Positions 25,576 to 46,832 are shown, counted from the whole stretch's first letter. The stretch is 46,832 nucleotides of DNA, filler included, from Streblomastix strix (GCA_008636045.1; 2 parts of 2 records of this genome joined end to end with filler, not necessarily neighbours in it); one strand, 5' to 3'. Numbers and translations: made by a program. Notes: generated by a model from the letters alone, not told the origin.

Positions 25576-27153
25576 CTTATGGTACTTCAATAACTTTTCA
25601 TTTCGGTTATAGCTCAATTTCTTTTATTTGATCAAATTCATTAATACTAAGTGTTAAGTTAAAAAAATAATCTTTTGTTCAAAATAATGAAAACAAGTTA
25701 TTTATATACATCTACATCAATCGGTTACAGGTGTTACAGAAGGAAAATCAAATCAAGAAGAGTTTTATAAATCAAATATGAGAAGTGAGTGTCAACTTGG
25801 AAATTTTCAAACATCGCTTTTGCAAGAACTCTCCCTAAGAACCTGAAATATTGAAGATGATCCTGATTCACATATGATAATGAATTGATGTGATATATAT
25901 ACTTATCAACATCTCCTCCTCCTTTGAAAAGCGCATAATTCGGATTTGTGATCTCAGGAAGGATCAATGTGAACCATTCTCTGGATATACCACCATAATC
26001 AACTGCATCTTCTCCATAGAATAGAACATTCAATCTCAGCTTCAACTTCTCTGGATCTGTCTTCATGAATGCACTGAATGAATCTTCTAAGATGTGTTTC
26101 CTTCGAACTTTGCATTTCATTCGATGTTTCTGTTACCAAACAATCGGTTCTGGTGGTCTTTTCGATTCAAAGTACTGTCGAAGCAGTGAGAGTCTTCCAA
26201 TGAATGAAAGTGTTGGGTCAATAACAGGATCTTCACTACCAGCGATCCATATAGGTGCATATACTGGTCTTTCTGGTGATTAATTAGAAGTTTGACCACT
26301 TTAATCTTCTTCATTCGATGATTTCAGATGTTTCTAAGCTTCAACAACTGATGTATCTCGATATACTGGAAGTGGAGTTTGAACTATCGGTATTGCAAAT
26401 GTTGATGCTGATCTTGGAGGTGCAACTGAATGTGGGATCAATGTTAGATTGTTCTCAGATTGTGCGAATTAAGAATCATTGTTCCATGATTATGATTATG
26501 AATCAGAATTTCCAGATTTCATCGAATTCTGATCTGTTGGATTACTTGTGTTAGTGTTTGAATTTGTGTTATGATCATTCTCAGGTTGTAATGATTGATG
26601 AATATGTGCAATGAATTGTTTTTATTGTTTATCCAACTTCATTTCTGATTCTTTGGAAATCGTTTAATTTGAAAACTGAAAGTAAATATCATGATTTGAA
26701 TAGTCTTATTGAAATAAATCAATATTAGATTTTGATTCTGTGTTTGAAATTCCTCTTATGATGACGATTATTCAATTGATGTTAACTATAATAATTCTTT
26801 AGATTTATTTCTCTCATAATTTAGGCAATTACTAAATAGAAGAATGATTCCGATTTGCAGTTGGGTTTTCTTGTGGTATCTATTTTGGTTTTACTTATTT
26901 TTTTATTTATAATTTATCTTTCATTGATTTAATACCTGCAATTGAGCTTCTTCTTTATGAAGCTGTCGTTAACTGGATATTTTCGATTATTATTTGAATG
27001 CTATTCGTTTGTAAGAAATGAAATATGGAAAATATTATATTTAATTAATTAGGAAGAAAAAAATAAAATAATTGAAAATTATACTAGTTTCGATTATTTA
27101 TTTTTGATCAGGCCCACATCCTGGAATTATTTGTCAAATTTTTGCAGCGTCAT
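25575..27153 (-). pseudogene. HECT E3 ubiquitin ligase (NEDD4/UPL-like) pseudogene, copy 1, truncated within the HECT N-lobe
   Basis: KVRRKHILEDSF...LNVLFYGEDAVDYGGISREWF...NPNYALF...HLQYFRFLGRVLAKA. Frameshift near 26720-26760 versus copy 2; the frame runs into CFAP61 sequence after EIELQPK*KVIEV. Confidence 0.85.
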
Positions 27154-27627
27154 ATCGCAACCAAAAACACCTTATTATATGAGCACTGATGATTATTAAT
27201 TTTCCAGAAAAATTCCAATTGCAAACCATCTTGTATGTCGATATATCATCGGTTTTAATACTTTGCTCACCAGCGACGCAAAATTTAGATCATTCGCTAA
27301 ACATCAATTTTATTTCAAATTTTTTATTTTTCTTCACAAAATGCGCACCGATTTGCACTATCTCACATTCGTTGTGTGCTGAACGGTGCTTTTTTTATTT
27401 TTTTATTCTTTCGATCCGCCATTCCTGATACAATATCGATGGAACCAATTTATTTATATTTTATTGAGACCCATATAAGATAACTTTGTTTTAGCATATA
27501 TTGAAATAAAATTCAACTCAAACATAAAAATTTCATTTTTTCCCTATATTTATCAAAAAATTGTTTTAATTATTTTCATTTTATTTTTGCGTTATTTTCT
27601 CTTAGATCTTGTTTCAGTGTGTTTGTC

Positions 27628-27676
27628 ATGTCATCTGGAGGCCAGAAACCTCCATTAAAGCGCAAATGGAGTGATT
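27628..27676 (+). other. Orphan or alternative first kinase exon (MSSGGQKPPLKRKWSD)
   Basis: Near-identical to exon 1 of the kinase at 38915 and ends in the same phase-1 GT donor. The downstream kinase has its own ATG exon at 28131. Confidence 0.6.
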
Positions 27677-28130
27677 GTATACATTATTCTTTGTTTTCTA
27701 TTATTCCTTATATTTATGAACTAAAATATATATTAATTACCTAGAATATGAAACAAAACCAAACGATTTGATTTTCCCAGAGAGAATGCTTTCTCATTTC
27801 ATCGCATATCATCTAATTTTATGTGACAAAAAATATAAAAATTTAATCAAAATATTTTATCAATAACTTCGATTTAGCAAGCCCAAAATTAATCAGCGAA
27901 AATTTTCCAAATTAAAGAGCCAATTATCCACGAAATATTAAAAGAACAGATATTATTTTTTTATTTTTTTTAGATGTAATAACATTTATACTGTTACTTA
28001 TTAATAATATGCACAATTTTATTATAACGTGACTTTTTTTCATTTTTTTTATTATTAATACATTTTACTCATTTTTTTTCTTATTATACTTATTCATTAT
28101 TTTATTTTGTAGTTCTCACGTCATTATCGC

Positions 28131-30942
<2,812 letters not shown>

Positions 30943-32001
30943 ATGAATGAAAAAGTATAGAAAATTAAATTGAAAATAGATTATTCTATTTAAATGAGTT
31001 TATTTATAATTTAGTTCGTTTAGATATATTTAATAATCTAGAAGCTTCAATTCTATGTAACTTTTAGATCTTTTCAAATATATTAATCATAATTTTATAA
31101 TAAACGAATGTTATTACAAACAATTTTATTTTATTTGTATTGAAAACAATATAATTAATTATTTAATTAACTTTTTGTGCAGAATTAACAAGAGAAAGAG
31201 GAGTTAGAAATTAATTATAGAAATTAAATAACCGTCATTTCTTGAACGACAAGTATTTATTATTTTGATTTATCATAAATCATGATTACAAAATACATTT
31301 TAATAAAAAATATATTCAAAATTTAACATTTAACTTAATATCCACAGAGAGATATAGCTCTGTAATTTAAAATTGAGTTTGCTCCTTTTTTACGATATAA
31401 ATATTCATTTACATATATATATATTATTTTAAATAATACTTCCTATACTTATCATATAGCTTCTTAACTTTATCAAATAAATTAGCCACTTAATATGACA
31501 TTCAATTTTTTTAAAATCAATTCACGAATTCTCCCATTCCATACTGCTCAATTGAATTTATTTATTGCATAATAATAAATATTCTTATGATTAACTTTAT
31601 TTTGGCAAAAATAAACACATTTACAAATTACTAACATGTGAAAATATGAAGATTAAATTTTACTAAAACAAATGAATATTTCGCCATATCAATATGTTAA
31701 TTCACATTTTCTTTCTAGAATTTAAATTATTCAGTATTTTGTTTTATTTTTATTCACTTAATTTTTTTTTATAATTTATTTTACAAGCATTTCTACTTAC
31801 TTTACATTTTCACTATCTTCACAAATTCTTGCTTCTTCAAAATATAATAATATTTCACTTTAATTTTGATTAATATATATGAATTTATTAATATTTTTCA
31901 TGTTTTTATTTTAAATTTCAATTTTAATAAAAGATTGTTTATATTTATATCTTAAAGTAACTCACATTTAGATTGGAATATTGACATATTTGCATTTTGA
32001 T

Positions 32002-33660
32002 ATGGAAGAGAAAGCACCATCTTGTTGAATAAGGCTTTTATGTTTGTCTTTATTTAATTTAATTGATCTAAATATTATTAATTTATTTCCATATACTCAC
32101 ATTATATAAATATAGGTCATTCAGATGATAGGCAAAGGAGGATTTGGCCGGTGCGCTGACATTTTAGCTTCTTTTCTGAATAAAAAATCATTTTCCTTAT
32201 TTTCAGTCATATTTCAGGGTTTATGAAGTTTGGAGACCAGGAACAGGAGTAATTGGAGCCAAAGTGATGAAAGAAGAAGACTTTGAGACAAAAGAATGTT
32301 GTGTTGGATTCTAACTGACAAAGTTTGAATTAATTTTGTATAACAAATATTTATATTATTTTATTTATAATATATTATTTGATTTAATATATTTGATTAG
32401 AGGAAATACAAATCCATTTGTATTGAAGTACCATTCTGCAACGATGTATGGGACTTAGACAGTCATTTTGATGGAGTTTGCGAAGATGATGGTTTGAATA
32501 GAAGAATTATCAATATGAAATAAAACTATGAGATTTTTTATAATAAATTAATTGTAATAATATGCAATTATTGTTTAATTAATTCATTAAATAATTCATT
32601 TTATTAATTTAATACCACATTATTCTAATATTATAATACAGAACTTGGATTGCCTAATTGAGTCGAAGTAAGATTTGCCAATTCCTGTTATTTGTGCAAT
32701 TATGAGACAACTTCGTATGAATCTAATTTGAATTAATTATTTGATTGAAATCTGATTTGAAATGTATTTATTTATGAGTGATTCATATAATTTTATATAA
32801 ATATATAAATAAGTGAAACAGTTGAAGGCGTCCGACTGATGCATGAAAAGGGAATCATCCACAGGTTTATAATATTACAATACAAAGAATAAATATTTCA
32901 TTATTTAAATAGCTCATTTATAATTACTTCAATAATTATTACATTAATATAATTATTATTGTTATTTATCATAATTTATTATTTAGATTCAGGGACATCA
33001 AAGGTCAGAATATCCTCCTACACAGTCCACCTGGATCTGGTCTTATAGTTTTCAGATCTATTTTATTAATTATTATTATTTAATTATTATTTTTAATAAT
33101 AATTGTAATTATTATTATTTTCATATCTATATATTCATATTAAAAGGTACTCAAGATTGCAGACTTTGGGATAATTAAGGAGCAGAAGCAAGTTGAACAG
33201 TCAACTCTGATGACAGTCGCTGGGTATTTCAATTATAATTCACTAACAATATTTTAAATTTAAATTTAATATTTGTAATTTTAAGTTTATTTTATAATAT
33301 TTGTATATTTACTATTTAATATTAATATATTATCATCTATTATTTATTAGTTATAATTTATTCTGTATATATAATACCAGAACAATGTCATTGATGTCAC
33401 GTGAGATGTTAATGAGTACAGAAGATGGAGAAGTGAAAGCTGATAGTAAAGTTTGATAATTAATATAAATTTGAATAATCAAATTGAAATTAATCATTAA
33501 TATATTAATTTGAAAATTATAATTATTATTAATTGATCAAATATATTATTACTTATATAGGTGGATGTCTGGAGCTCAGGGATTCTACTTCATTAGTTGA
33601 TTGCACCTTAATTTCCATTCAAGTCATTGGTCACATAAGCAATTATGATATTTGCATATT
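32002..33660 (+). pseudogene. 3'-truncated Ser/Thr kinase, copy 1
   Basis: VIQMIGKGGFGRVYEV..IGAKVMKEE..ILMEFA..HEKGIIHRDIKGQNILLHSPPGSG..LKIADFG..AGT..VDVWSSG..FPF, then AT-rich DNA with no further kinase exons. 5' end uncertain. Confidence 0.75.
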
Positions 33661-34037
33661 TAATATAAAATATTATATATATTTATTGTGTTATTTTTTT
33701 CAATTTAATTAAATGTTTCTATCAATATTTTCTTGATTTAATTTACTTTTATACAATTATTTACTTATTATTTATTTTCTTTATCAAATTTAATATTTTT
33801 TAATCATATTAATATATTAATTTCAATACTGATTTTAATACTTAAATCTTATAATTATATTGATTTTAATTATTTAATCATTTTACTATACTTATTTTTA
33901 CAATTTAATCACATTATTATTTTTAAGGTGTTTAATTTATATTTTATATTTTATTTTCTATATTAAATTATTTCACTGTCAAAATTATTAAAATAAATTA
34001 TATGATTTTTTTATAATAAAATAAATAAAAACAAACA

Positions 34038-36235
34038 ATTCTATATGTTTCCTCTAAATTCCATATTCAAATGCATCAATCCTTCTTTCATGGTTCAATG
34101 AATTCGCATCAAGATCAGCTTTTGGTCTAATAAATAATAATCTCTTACAAGGATCACCAGCTTATAATAATCCATGAAGTACTGAATATGCTCGGAGTAT
34201 AGCTCAATATATAACACCAATCTCATCTTCATCATCAAGCAATTTCTTTCCACCAGGTTGGGTTGGTTTGTGAATGAACCTCTAAAGTCGGATAGAATCA
34301 GCTTCATCATTCATTGTGATCGCTCCATCTGCAACATCCCCATGGAAATCATTTTCTGCAATGCGTTGTGAAAGTCTTTTTAATGTTTGATCTTAAAATC
34401 CAGATTCTATTATAAGCAAATCATATGGAACTAATAATCCATCTAAAAGAATCAAATCTCGTTTCTCTCAATCGATAATCAGAACAACTCCAGGAACTTC
34501 TTCAATATATCTCATTAATCATAATTCATCTAAAGTAGCAGAAGTATAATTGCATGAATTCACTACAAATAGTGCTGGTGCTGGAGGTCTAAAAGCTGTT
34601 GATATCAAAAATAGAGAAGATAATGATGATGGAGATACACTAATAAATGATTTTAAACACTCATTTGTGACATTTTTCCAAGAATTGATGGAATTATTGA
34701 TCCTTTTTTTGTTTAAATTGGAAGAGATGATGATTCAAGTTGTAGGATATTCAGAAACATTTGAGAGGAAACCAGATTGATTTGTTATTAATGATCCTAT
34801 TTGTAGAGCAGTTGCGCTTGTAGTTGAATTGGTACTTCCTTATTAAGTAATTGGTTTTTATGAATAATTAGATAATTATGATGGTGATTATTGTTTCCAT
34901 TATGCATAATCACTCACTTTCGTTTCATTATGCAACAATTCAATCTAAATATCCTTTTCTCGCTAAGAATCAACTTTCGCTTACCATAATGGTGGGATTG
35001 GTACTATTTTTTATGTTCCTGGAATACCAGCTGCTCTAGCTATAATAGATGGAACTGGTATAGGATGTAGTAATCTATGTTATGAATATACTTTTTATTC
35101 ATATATTTACCTTAAAAATGCAGCTCTTTCTTTTATTTCTTTTAATTAATTCTATATATACTTCACTTGATATATTAACATCTATCTTCAGTAATTTTTT
35201 TCTTCGCATATATCATATCATTCCCAATCGATTCCCCAGTCAAATTTCTCTCCAATTTATCCTCGAAACATAATTTCATTATCTATCTCTTTAATTAATT
35301 ATTATTTAGGTTTTCTACCATCAGAATCTGCACTTGATCCATATTAATATTCTTCAAAATCTTCTTCTAATTCAGCATCACGTTGATATTTTTATAGTAG
35401 TTTCAGTCTAATCTGTTTAGTTACACTTATAACAGACATTTCATTTGGATATGATTCAACAAAATGTTGATGATGGAATGCTGGTGGTGGTATTATAGTT
35501 GATTCTAAACATGGAAGACATTATGTTGATCCAAATGTCAATGATGAAAAGAATTGAGATTTTGCAAATGCCAATCTTTCCAATACAGATATACCAGTAT
35601 CGGATGATCCGATAACTACAATTCTACCATTAGTTACTATTTAGCTATCAAGTGCATTACCTCGTCTTAACATAGAAAGTGCAAAACAAGGTTCAGAAAA
35701 TCTGGAAGGTTGTAATCCAGATGTTGGTGTTGGTGGAGGTCGAATATGTTTAGTTGTCGGATCACCTACTGGACCAAATGGATCTGGAAATTCTTCTAAG
35801 CGATGAAACTGTTTGAATATTAGAAAATTAATGTAAATAAAATTTTGGAATTAATAAATTAATTTAATATTTTTAATACTATAAATAAGCATCATCCAAC
35901 GATATATAATATGGTTAATCTTTCTCTATAAATGGTCTTTAAATCTGTCTTAAGAGTGGAACAGGTGTGAAAATCTATTAAATTGCTGCTGGTAAAGATG
36001 ATCCACCATAAGAAAAAGTTCAGAAATAAACTATTCTAGTTGATGATAATTTCAAGATCTCTTATAATACGAATTTGACTCGTATATGGAATAGTGAATC
36101 AAGTACAAAATACATTAGGTCAGCATGTGGATATCCATCACCTGCTATTCGATCAATATTTGTTGGATCAGTTGGATCAATTTTATCTAGTTCAGAATCA
36201 TACGATATAAGTTATTCAAGATCATATAGAAAATA
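34038..36235 (-). pseudogene. CFAP61: CFAP61 internal fragment, copy B (longest)
   Basis: HADLMYFVLDSLFHIRVKFVLQEILKL..VYF*..TPVPLLRQI..CFALSMLRRG..TNGRIVVIGSSDTGISVLERL..GLLVPYDLLIIESG corresponds to recalled CFAP61 motifs (KFFLKEILRL, PVRPRRQI, NARIVVVGASDTGISFLE, YD.LIL.TG). TGA at 36020-36022; lacks both termini. Confidence 0.8.
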
Positions 36236-36278
36236 TTATTAATCTACTCATTTTCATCATCTAATGAATAATCATTAC

Positions 36279-38437
<2,159 letters not shown>

Positions 38438-38914
38438 ATCGCAACCAAATACACCTTATTATATGCGCACTGATGATTATTAATTTTCTAGAAATTATTC
38501 CAATTACGAACCATCTTGTGTATCGAGATATCATCGGTTTTAATATTTTGCTCCCAAACGACGCAAAATTTAGATCATCAGAAAATCATCAATTTTATTT
38601 CCAATTTTTTATTTTTCTTCACAAAATGCACACCGATTTGCACTGCCTCACTATCGTTGTGCACTGAACGGAGATTTTTTTATTTTTTTTATTCTTTCGA
38701 TTCGCCATTCCTGATACAATATCGATGGAACTAATTTATATATATTTTATTTAGACCCATATATGATTACTTTATTTTAGCATATATTAAAGTAAAATAC
38801 AACTCAAACATAAAAATTTCATTTTTTCCCTAAATTTATCAAAAAAATGGTTTTAATTATTTTCTTATTATTTTTGCTTTGTTTTCTCTTAGATCTTGTT
38901 TCAGTGTGTTTGTC

Positions 38915-41843
<2,929 letters not shown>

Positions 41844-42910
41844 ATGAATGAAAAAGACAACGATTAAATTGAATATTGATTATTCTATTGAAATGAGTAT
41901 ATTTTTTTGTATTAGTTAAATTTGATATAATTTATAATCTTGCAACTCTTCAATTCAATGAAACTTTTAGATCTTATCAAATGAATATAAATCATAATTT
42001 TATAATAAACAAATGTAACAGCATAAGATTTTATTTTATTTGTATTAAAAACATTATAATAATTTATTTCATTGACAATTTGAAGGAAATGAATAAGAGT
42101 TTAGAAATGAGTTTTTTATTAAAGATATTGAATTATCGTCTTTTCTTGACCGTTAGATGTATATTTTATTGATTTATAATTAAATATAATTATGAAATCT
42201 ATTTTAATATAAAATTTATTCAAAATTTAACATTTAACTTAACACCCACAGAGAGATATAGCTCTGAAATTTAAACATGAATTTGCATCTTTTCAACATT
42301 ATAATTTTTCACATCCATATTTATTTTTTAATTTAAAATACTATTTTCTATATTTTACATATAAATTTTTTACTAATTCAAATAAATTAACCACATTATT
42401 TGACATTCTTTTTTTTCTAAATTAATTCAAGAAATACTCCCATTACATACAGCTCAATAGAATATAATTATGATATGTTAATTAAGTAGGTTAAATATAA
42501 CTTTATTTTGGCAAAATTAAACATATGTACGAATTACTAACATGCGAAAATATGATATAAAAATTTTACTAAAACAAATGAGTTTTCCGCCTTAACCATA
42601 ATTTAATTCGCACTTTTTGTTTAGAATTTAAATTATTCAGTAATTTATTTTTAGTTTTATTTACATAAATTTTATTTTAATTTATTTTACAATCATTTTT
42701 TACTAACTTTATTCTTTCACTATTTTCACAAATTCTTTCTACATCAAAATATAATAATATTTCACTTTAATTTTGATTAATATATATGAATTTATTAATA
42801 TTTTTTTCATGTTTTTACTTTATATTTCATTTTTTATATTTATTTATTAATATTTATATCTTGCAGAAACAATAATTTAGATTGGAATATTGGCATCTAT
42901 GCATTTTTAT

Positions 42911-44570
42911 ATGGAATAGAAAGCACCTTCTTGTTGAATATTGTTATTATGTTTGTTTTTAATTATTTAATTGATCTTATTTACCATAAATTTATTTCCA
43001 TATACTCACATTATATAAATATAGGTCATTCAGATGATAGGCAAAGGAGGATTTGGCCGGTGCGCTGACATTTTAGCTTCTTTTCTGAATAAAAAATCAT
43101 TTTCCTTATTTTCAGTCATATTTCAGGGTTTATGAAGTTTGGAGACCAGGAACAGGAGTAATTGGAGCCAAAGTGATGAAAGAAGAAGACTTTGAGACAA
43201 AAGAATGGCGTGTTGGATTCTAACTGACAAAGTTTGAATTAATTTTGTATATCGAATATTTATATTATTTTATTTAAAATATATTATTTTATTTAATATA
43301 TTTGATTAGGGGAAATTCAAATCTATTTGTATTGAAGTACCATTCTGCAACGATGTATTGGACTCAGACAGTCATTTTGATGGAGTTTGCGAAGATGAAG
43401 GTTTGAATAGACGAATTATCTATATGAAATAAAACTATTAGATTTTATCTAATTATTTATATATAATAATATTTAGTTATTTTGTTTAATTAATTCATTA
43501 AATAATTCATTTTATTAATTTATTACCGCATTATTCTAATATTATAATACAGAACTTGGATTGCCTAATTGAGTCGAAGTAGGATTTGCCAATTCCTGTT
43601 ATACGTGCAATTATGAGACAATTTCGTATGAATCTAATTTGAATTAATTATTTGATTGAAATATGTTTTGAAATGTATTTATTTATGAGTGATTCATATA
43701 ATTTATATAAATATATAAATAAGTGAAACAGTTGAAGGCGTCCGACTGATGCATGAAAAGGGAATCATCCACAGATTTACAATATTACAATACAAAGAAT
43801 AAATATATCATTATTTAAATAGCTCATTTATAATTAATTCAATAATTTTTTAACTTAATATATAATCATTGTTGTTATTTATCATAATTTATTAATTACA
43901 TTCAGGGACATCAAAGGTCAGAATATCCTCCTACACAGTCCACCTGGATCTGGTCTTATAGTTTGCAAATCTATTTTATTAATTATTATTATTTAATTTT
44001 TATTTTTATTGATAATTGTAATTATTATTATTTCCTTATCTATTTATTCATATTAAAAGGTACTCAAGATTGCAGACTTTGGGTTAATTAAGGAGCAGAA
44101 GCAAGTTGAACAGTCAACTCTGATGACAGTCGCTGGGTATTTCAATTATAATTCACTAACAATATTTTAAATTTAAATTTAATATTTGTTAATTTTATTT
44201 TATTTTATAATATTAATATATTTAATATTCAATATTAATATTATCATCCATTATTTACTAATTATTATTTATTCTTTATATATAATACCAGAACAATGCC
44301 ATTCATGTCACGTGAGATGTTAATGAGTACAGAAGATGGAGAAGTGAAAGCTGATAGTAAAGTTTGATAATTAATATAAATTCGAATAATATAATTAATA
44401 TTAATAATTAAAATATTAATATATTAATTTGAAAACAATAATAATTATTAATTGATCATATATATTATTACTTATATAATCTGGAGCTCAGGGATTCTAC
44501 TTCATTAGTTGATTGCACATGAATTTTAAATTTAAGTCATTTGCCACTTAAGCAATTATGATATTTGCAT
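42911..44570 (+). pseudogene. 3'-truncated Ser/Thr kinase, copy 2
   Basis: Near-identical to 32002-33660. A small deletion at ~44479 additionally removes the AG acceptor and VDV codons before WSSG. Confidence 0.75.
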
Positions 44571-44950
44571 ATTTAATATAAAATATTATATATATTTATT
44601 GTGTTATTTTTTATCAATTTAATTAAATGTTTCTATCAATATTTTCTTGATTTAATTTACTTTTATACAATTATTTACTTATTATTTATTTTCTTTATCA
44701 AATTTAATATTTTTTAATCATATTAATATATTAATTTCAATACTGATTTTAACACTTAAATCTTATAATTATACTGATTTAAACTATTTAATCATTTTAC
44801 TATAGTTATTTTTACAATTTAATCATATTATTATTTTTAAGGTGTTTAATTTATATTTTATATTTTATTTTTTATATTAAATTATTTCACTATCAAAATT
44901 ATTAAAATAAATTATATGATTTTTTATAATAAAATAAATAAAAACAAACA

Positions 44951-45531
44951 ATTCTATATGTTTCATCTAAATTCCATATTCAAATGCATCAATCCTTCTT
45001 TCATGGTTCAATGAATTCGCATCAAGATCAGCCGGTGGTCTAAAAAATAATAATCTCTTACCAGGAACGCCAGCATATAATAATCCATGAAGTACTGAAT
45101 ATGCTCGGAGTGTAGCTCCATATATAACACCAATCTCATCTTCATCTTCAAGCCATTTCTTTCCACCGGTTTGTGTTGGTTTGTGAATGAACCTCTAAAG
45201 TCGTATAGCATCAGCTTCATCGTTCATTGTGAACGCTCCATCTGCAACATCTAAATGGAAATCGTTCTCTGCAATGAATTATGAAAGTTTTTTTAATGTT
45301 TTATCGTATAATCCAGCTGCTATTGTATGCATATCATATGGAACTAATGATCCATCTGCAAGCACCAATTCTCGTTTCTCAAATTCGATATTCAGAACAA
45401 TTCCAGGAACTTCTACAATATATCTCTATAATCCAAAACCAGCTAAAGTAGCAGCAGTATAATTGCATGAATTCTCTACAAATAGTGCTGGTGCAAGAGG
45501 TCTAAAAAACGTTGATATCAAAAATAGAGAA
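44951..45531 (-). pseudogene. CFAP61: CFAP61 fragment, copy C
   Basis: IVEVPGIVLNIEFEKRELVLADGSLVPYDMHTIAAG...GVIYGATLRAYSVLHGLL is homologous to copies A and B and is cut at ~45531. Confidence 0.75.
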
Positions 45532-46547
45532 TGAAGAAGAATGATAAAGATAAAGATTAAATTAAGAATAATGTTGATTATTCTTTTGAAATGAGCTAAT
45601 TTATAATTCAGTTCAATTTGATATGATTTATAATCTTACAACTCTTCAATTAAATGTAACTTTCAGATCTTAACAAATATGCTTATCATAATTTTAAAAT
45701 AAACAAAGCTAACGGCAAATAATTTCATTTATATTGTATTGAAAATAATATAATTAATTATTTATTTAACAATTTGTGCAGAATTAATAAAAGAAAAAAG
45801 AGTTTGAAATTAATTATTTATATTGATTAATCGCCTTTTTTTGACCAGTAGGTGTATATTGTATTGATTTATCATTAAATTTGATAATAAAATATAATTT
45901 AATAAAAAAATATATTCAATGTTTAACATTTAACTAAACACCCACATAGAAATTTAACTCACAAATTTAAACTTGAATTTATTCCATTTCAACAATATGA
46001 ATATTCACATACATATATATTTATTATTATTTTTTATTTCCTATATTAATTTTTATAAATTTGTTTCGAATTTAAATTAATTAGCCACGTAATATGACAT
46101 TAAATTTTTTCATAAATTAATTCACGAAATACTCCAATTTCATACAACTTAATTGAACATAATTATGGTACATTAATAAATTCTCATATGAATAACTTAA
46201 TTTTGGTAAAATTAGACATATAAACAAATTTCTAACATATGAAAATATGATATAAAAATTTTACTAAAACAAATGAATATTACGCCATAGCCATAAGTTA
46301 ACTCGAATGTTATTTTTAAAAAAATATACAATAAAGTATTTTATTATTATTTAATATAATTTTTGTTATTTTATTTATTTTATATGCCTATTTTACTTAC
46401 TTTAAACTTTCTCTATCATTCAAATTTCACTAATCTTCAAAATCTAATAATATTTAACTTTGAATTTATATATTTTATATGAATTTATTATCTTTTTTTA
46501 CTTTTTTTACTTTATATTTCATATTTTTTATATAAGATTATTTATAT

Positions 46548-46832
46548 ATGAATCTAGCGGATACAAGCATTTAAAGTCGAGTATAGTTGGAATAATTATT
46601 GTCATCGCATTTTTTCAGTACTGCTCATGTGTTTGTGTTGTAGAAAACGCGAGAAGCCAATAAAAACAGAATATGCTGAGATTAATGCTATAAAATGCGA
46701 AAATGTATAGTGCACGAACATGACAACTACTGAATGCAAATATCATCTTTGCGCCGAGTGTTGTGTAAGTATTGATTGTACATTCCATGCGAAAATACCA
46801 GATGATTGGAAATCTGATAAAGTTGCAGATAT
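46548..46832 (+). CDS. Partial gene with a Cys/His-rich zinc finger resembling the SHI/LRP1 (DUF702) RING-like type; runs off the window end
   Basis: After an AG acceptor (~46643) the frame reads KREKPIKTEYAEINAIKCENVQCTNMTTTECKYHLCAECCVSIDCTFHAKIPDDWKSDKVAD. First exon is tentative. Confidence 0.5.

Noticed and set aside
27181..27392. C/D-box snoRNA (TGATGA ... CTGA with agcac/gtgct ends)
   Set aside because: The C box lacks the 5' purine, the span is ~200 nt and the terminal stem is not kept in the second copy.

Overview
Very AT-rich eukaryotic genomic DNA with short GT-AG spliceosomal introns. It is translated with a non-standard code (TAA/TAG = Gln, TGA = stop), so the supplied standard-code ORF track is mostly misleading. 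The code, intron style and kinase/SPRY-like families suggest an oxymonad such as Streblomastix (inference). The window appears to be two contigs joined by an artificial N44-TTAATTAATTAA-N44 linker at 23378-23477. Left part: a Chorein_N (VPS13/BLTP-like) gene with four in-frame TGA codons and no frameshift, a 67-bp minisatellite, a SPRY-like gene ending in a CaaX box (CIVQ), a large NHL-repeat gene, a candidate structured small RNA, an NTF2/G3BP-like gene, an ataxin-7/Sgf73/Sgf11-type zinc-finger Q/P-rich gene, and a truncated gene with a 677-bp inverted duplication. Right part: a palindromic transposon-like end, a Cys-rich surface-protein pseudogene, then an ~11-kb tandem mosaic unit present twice plus a partial third copy. 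The unit is CFAP61 fragment / HECT E3 pseudogene / kinase-coiled-coil-SPRY gene / conserved spacer / truncated kinase. The two kinase-SPRY paralogues carry different kinase domains in otherwise shared flanks, and their SPRY exons are more diverged than their introns. All translations, alignments and counts were done by eye.
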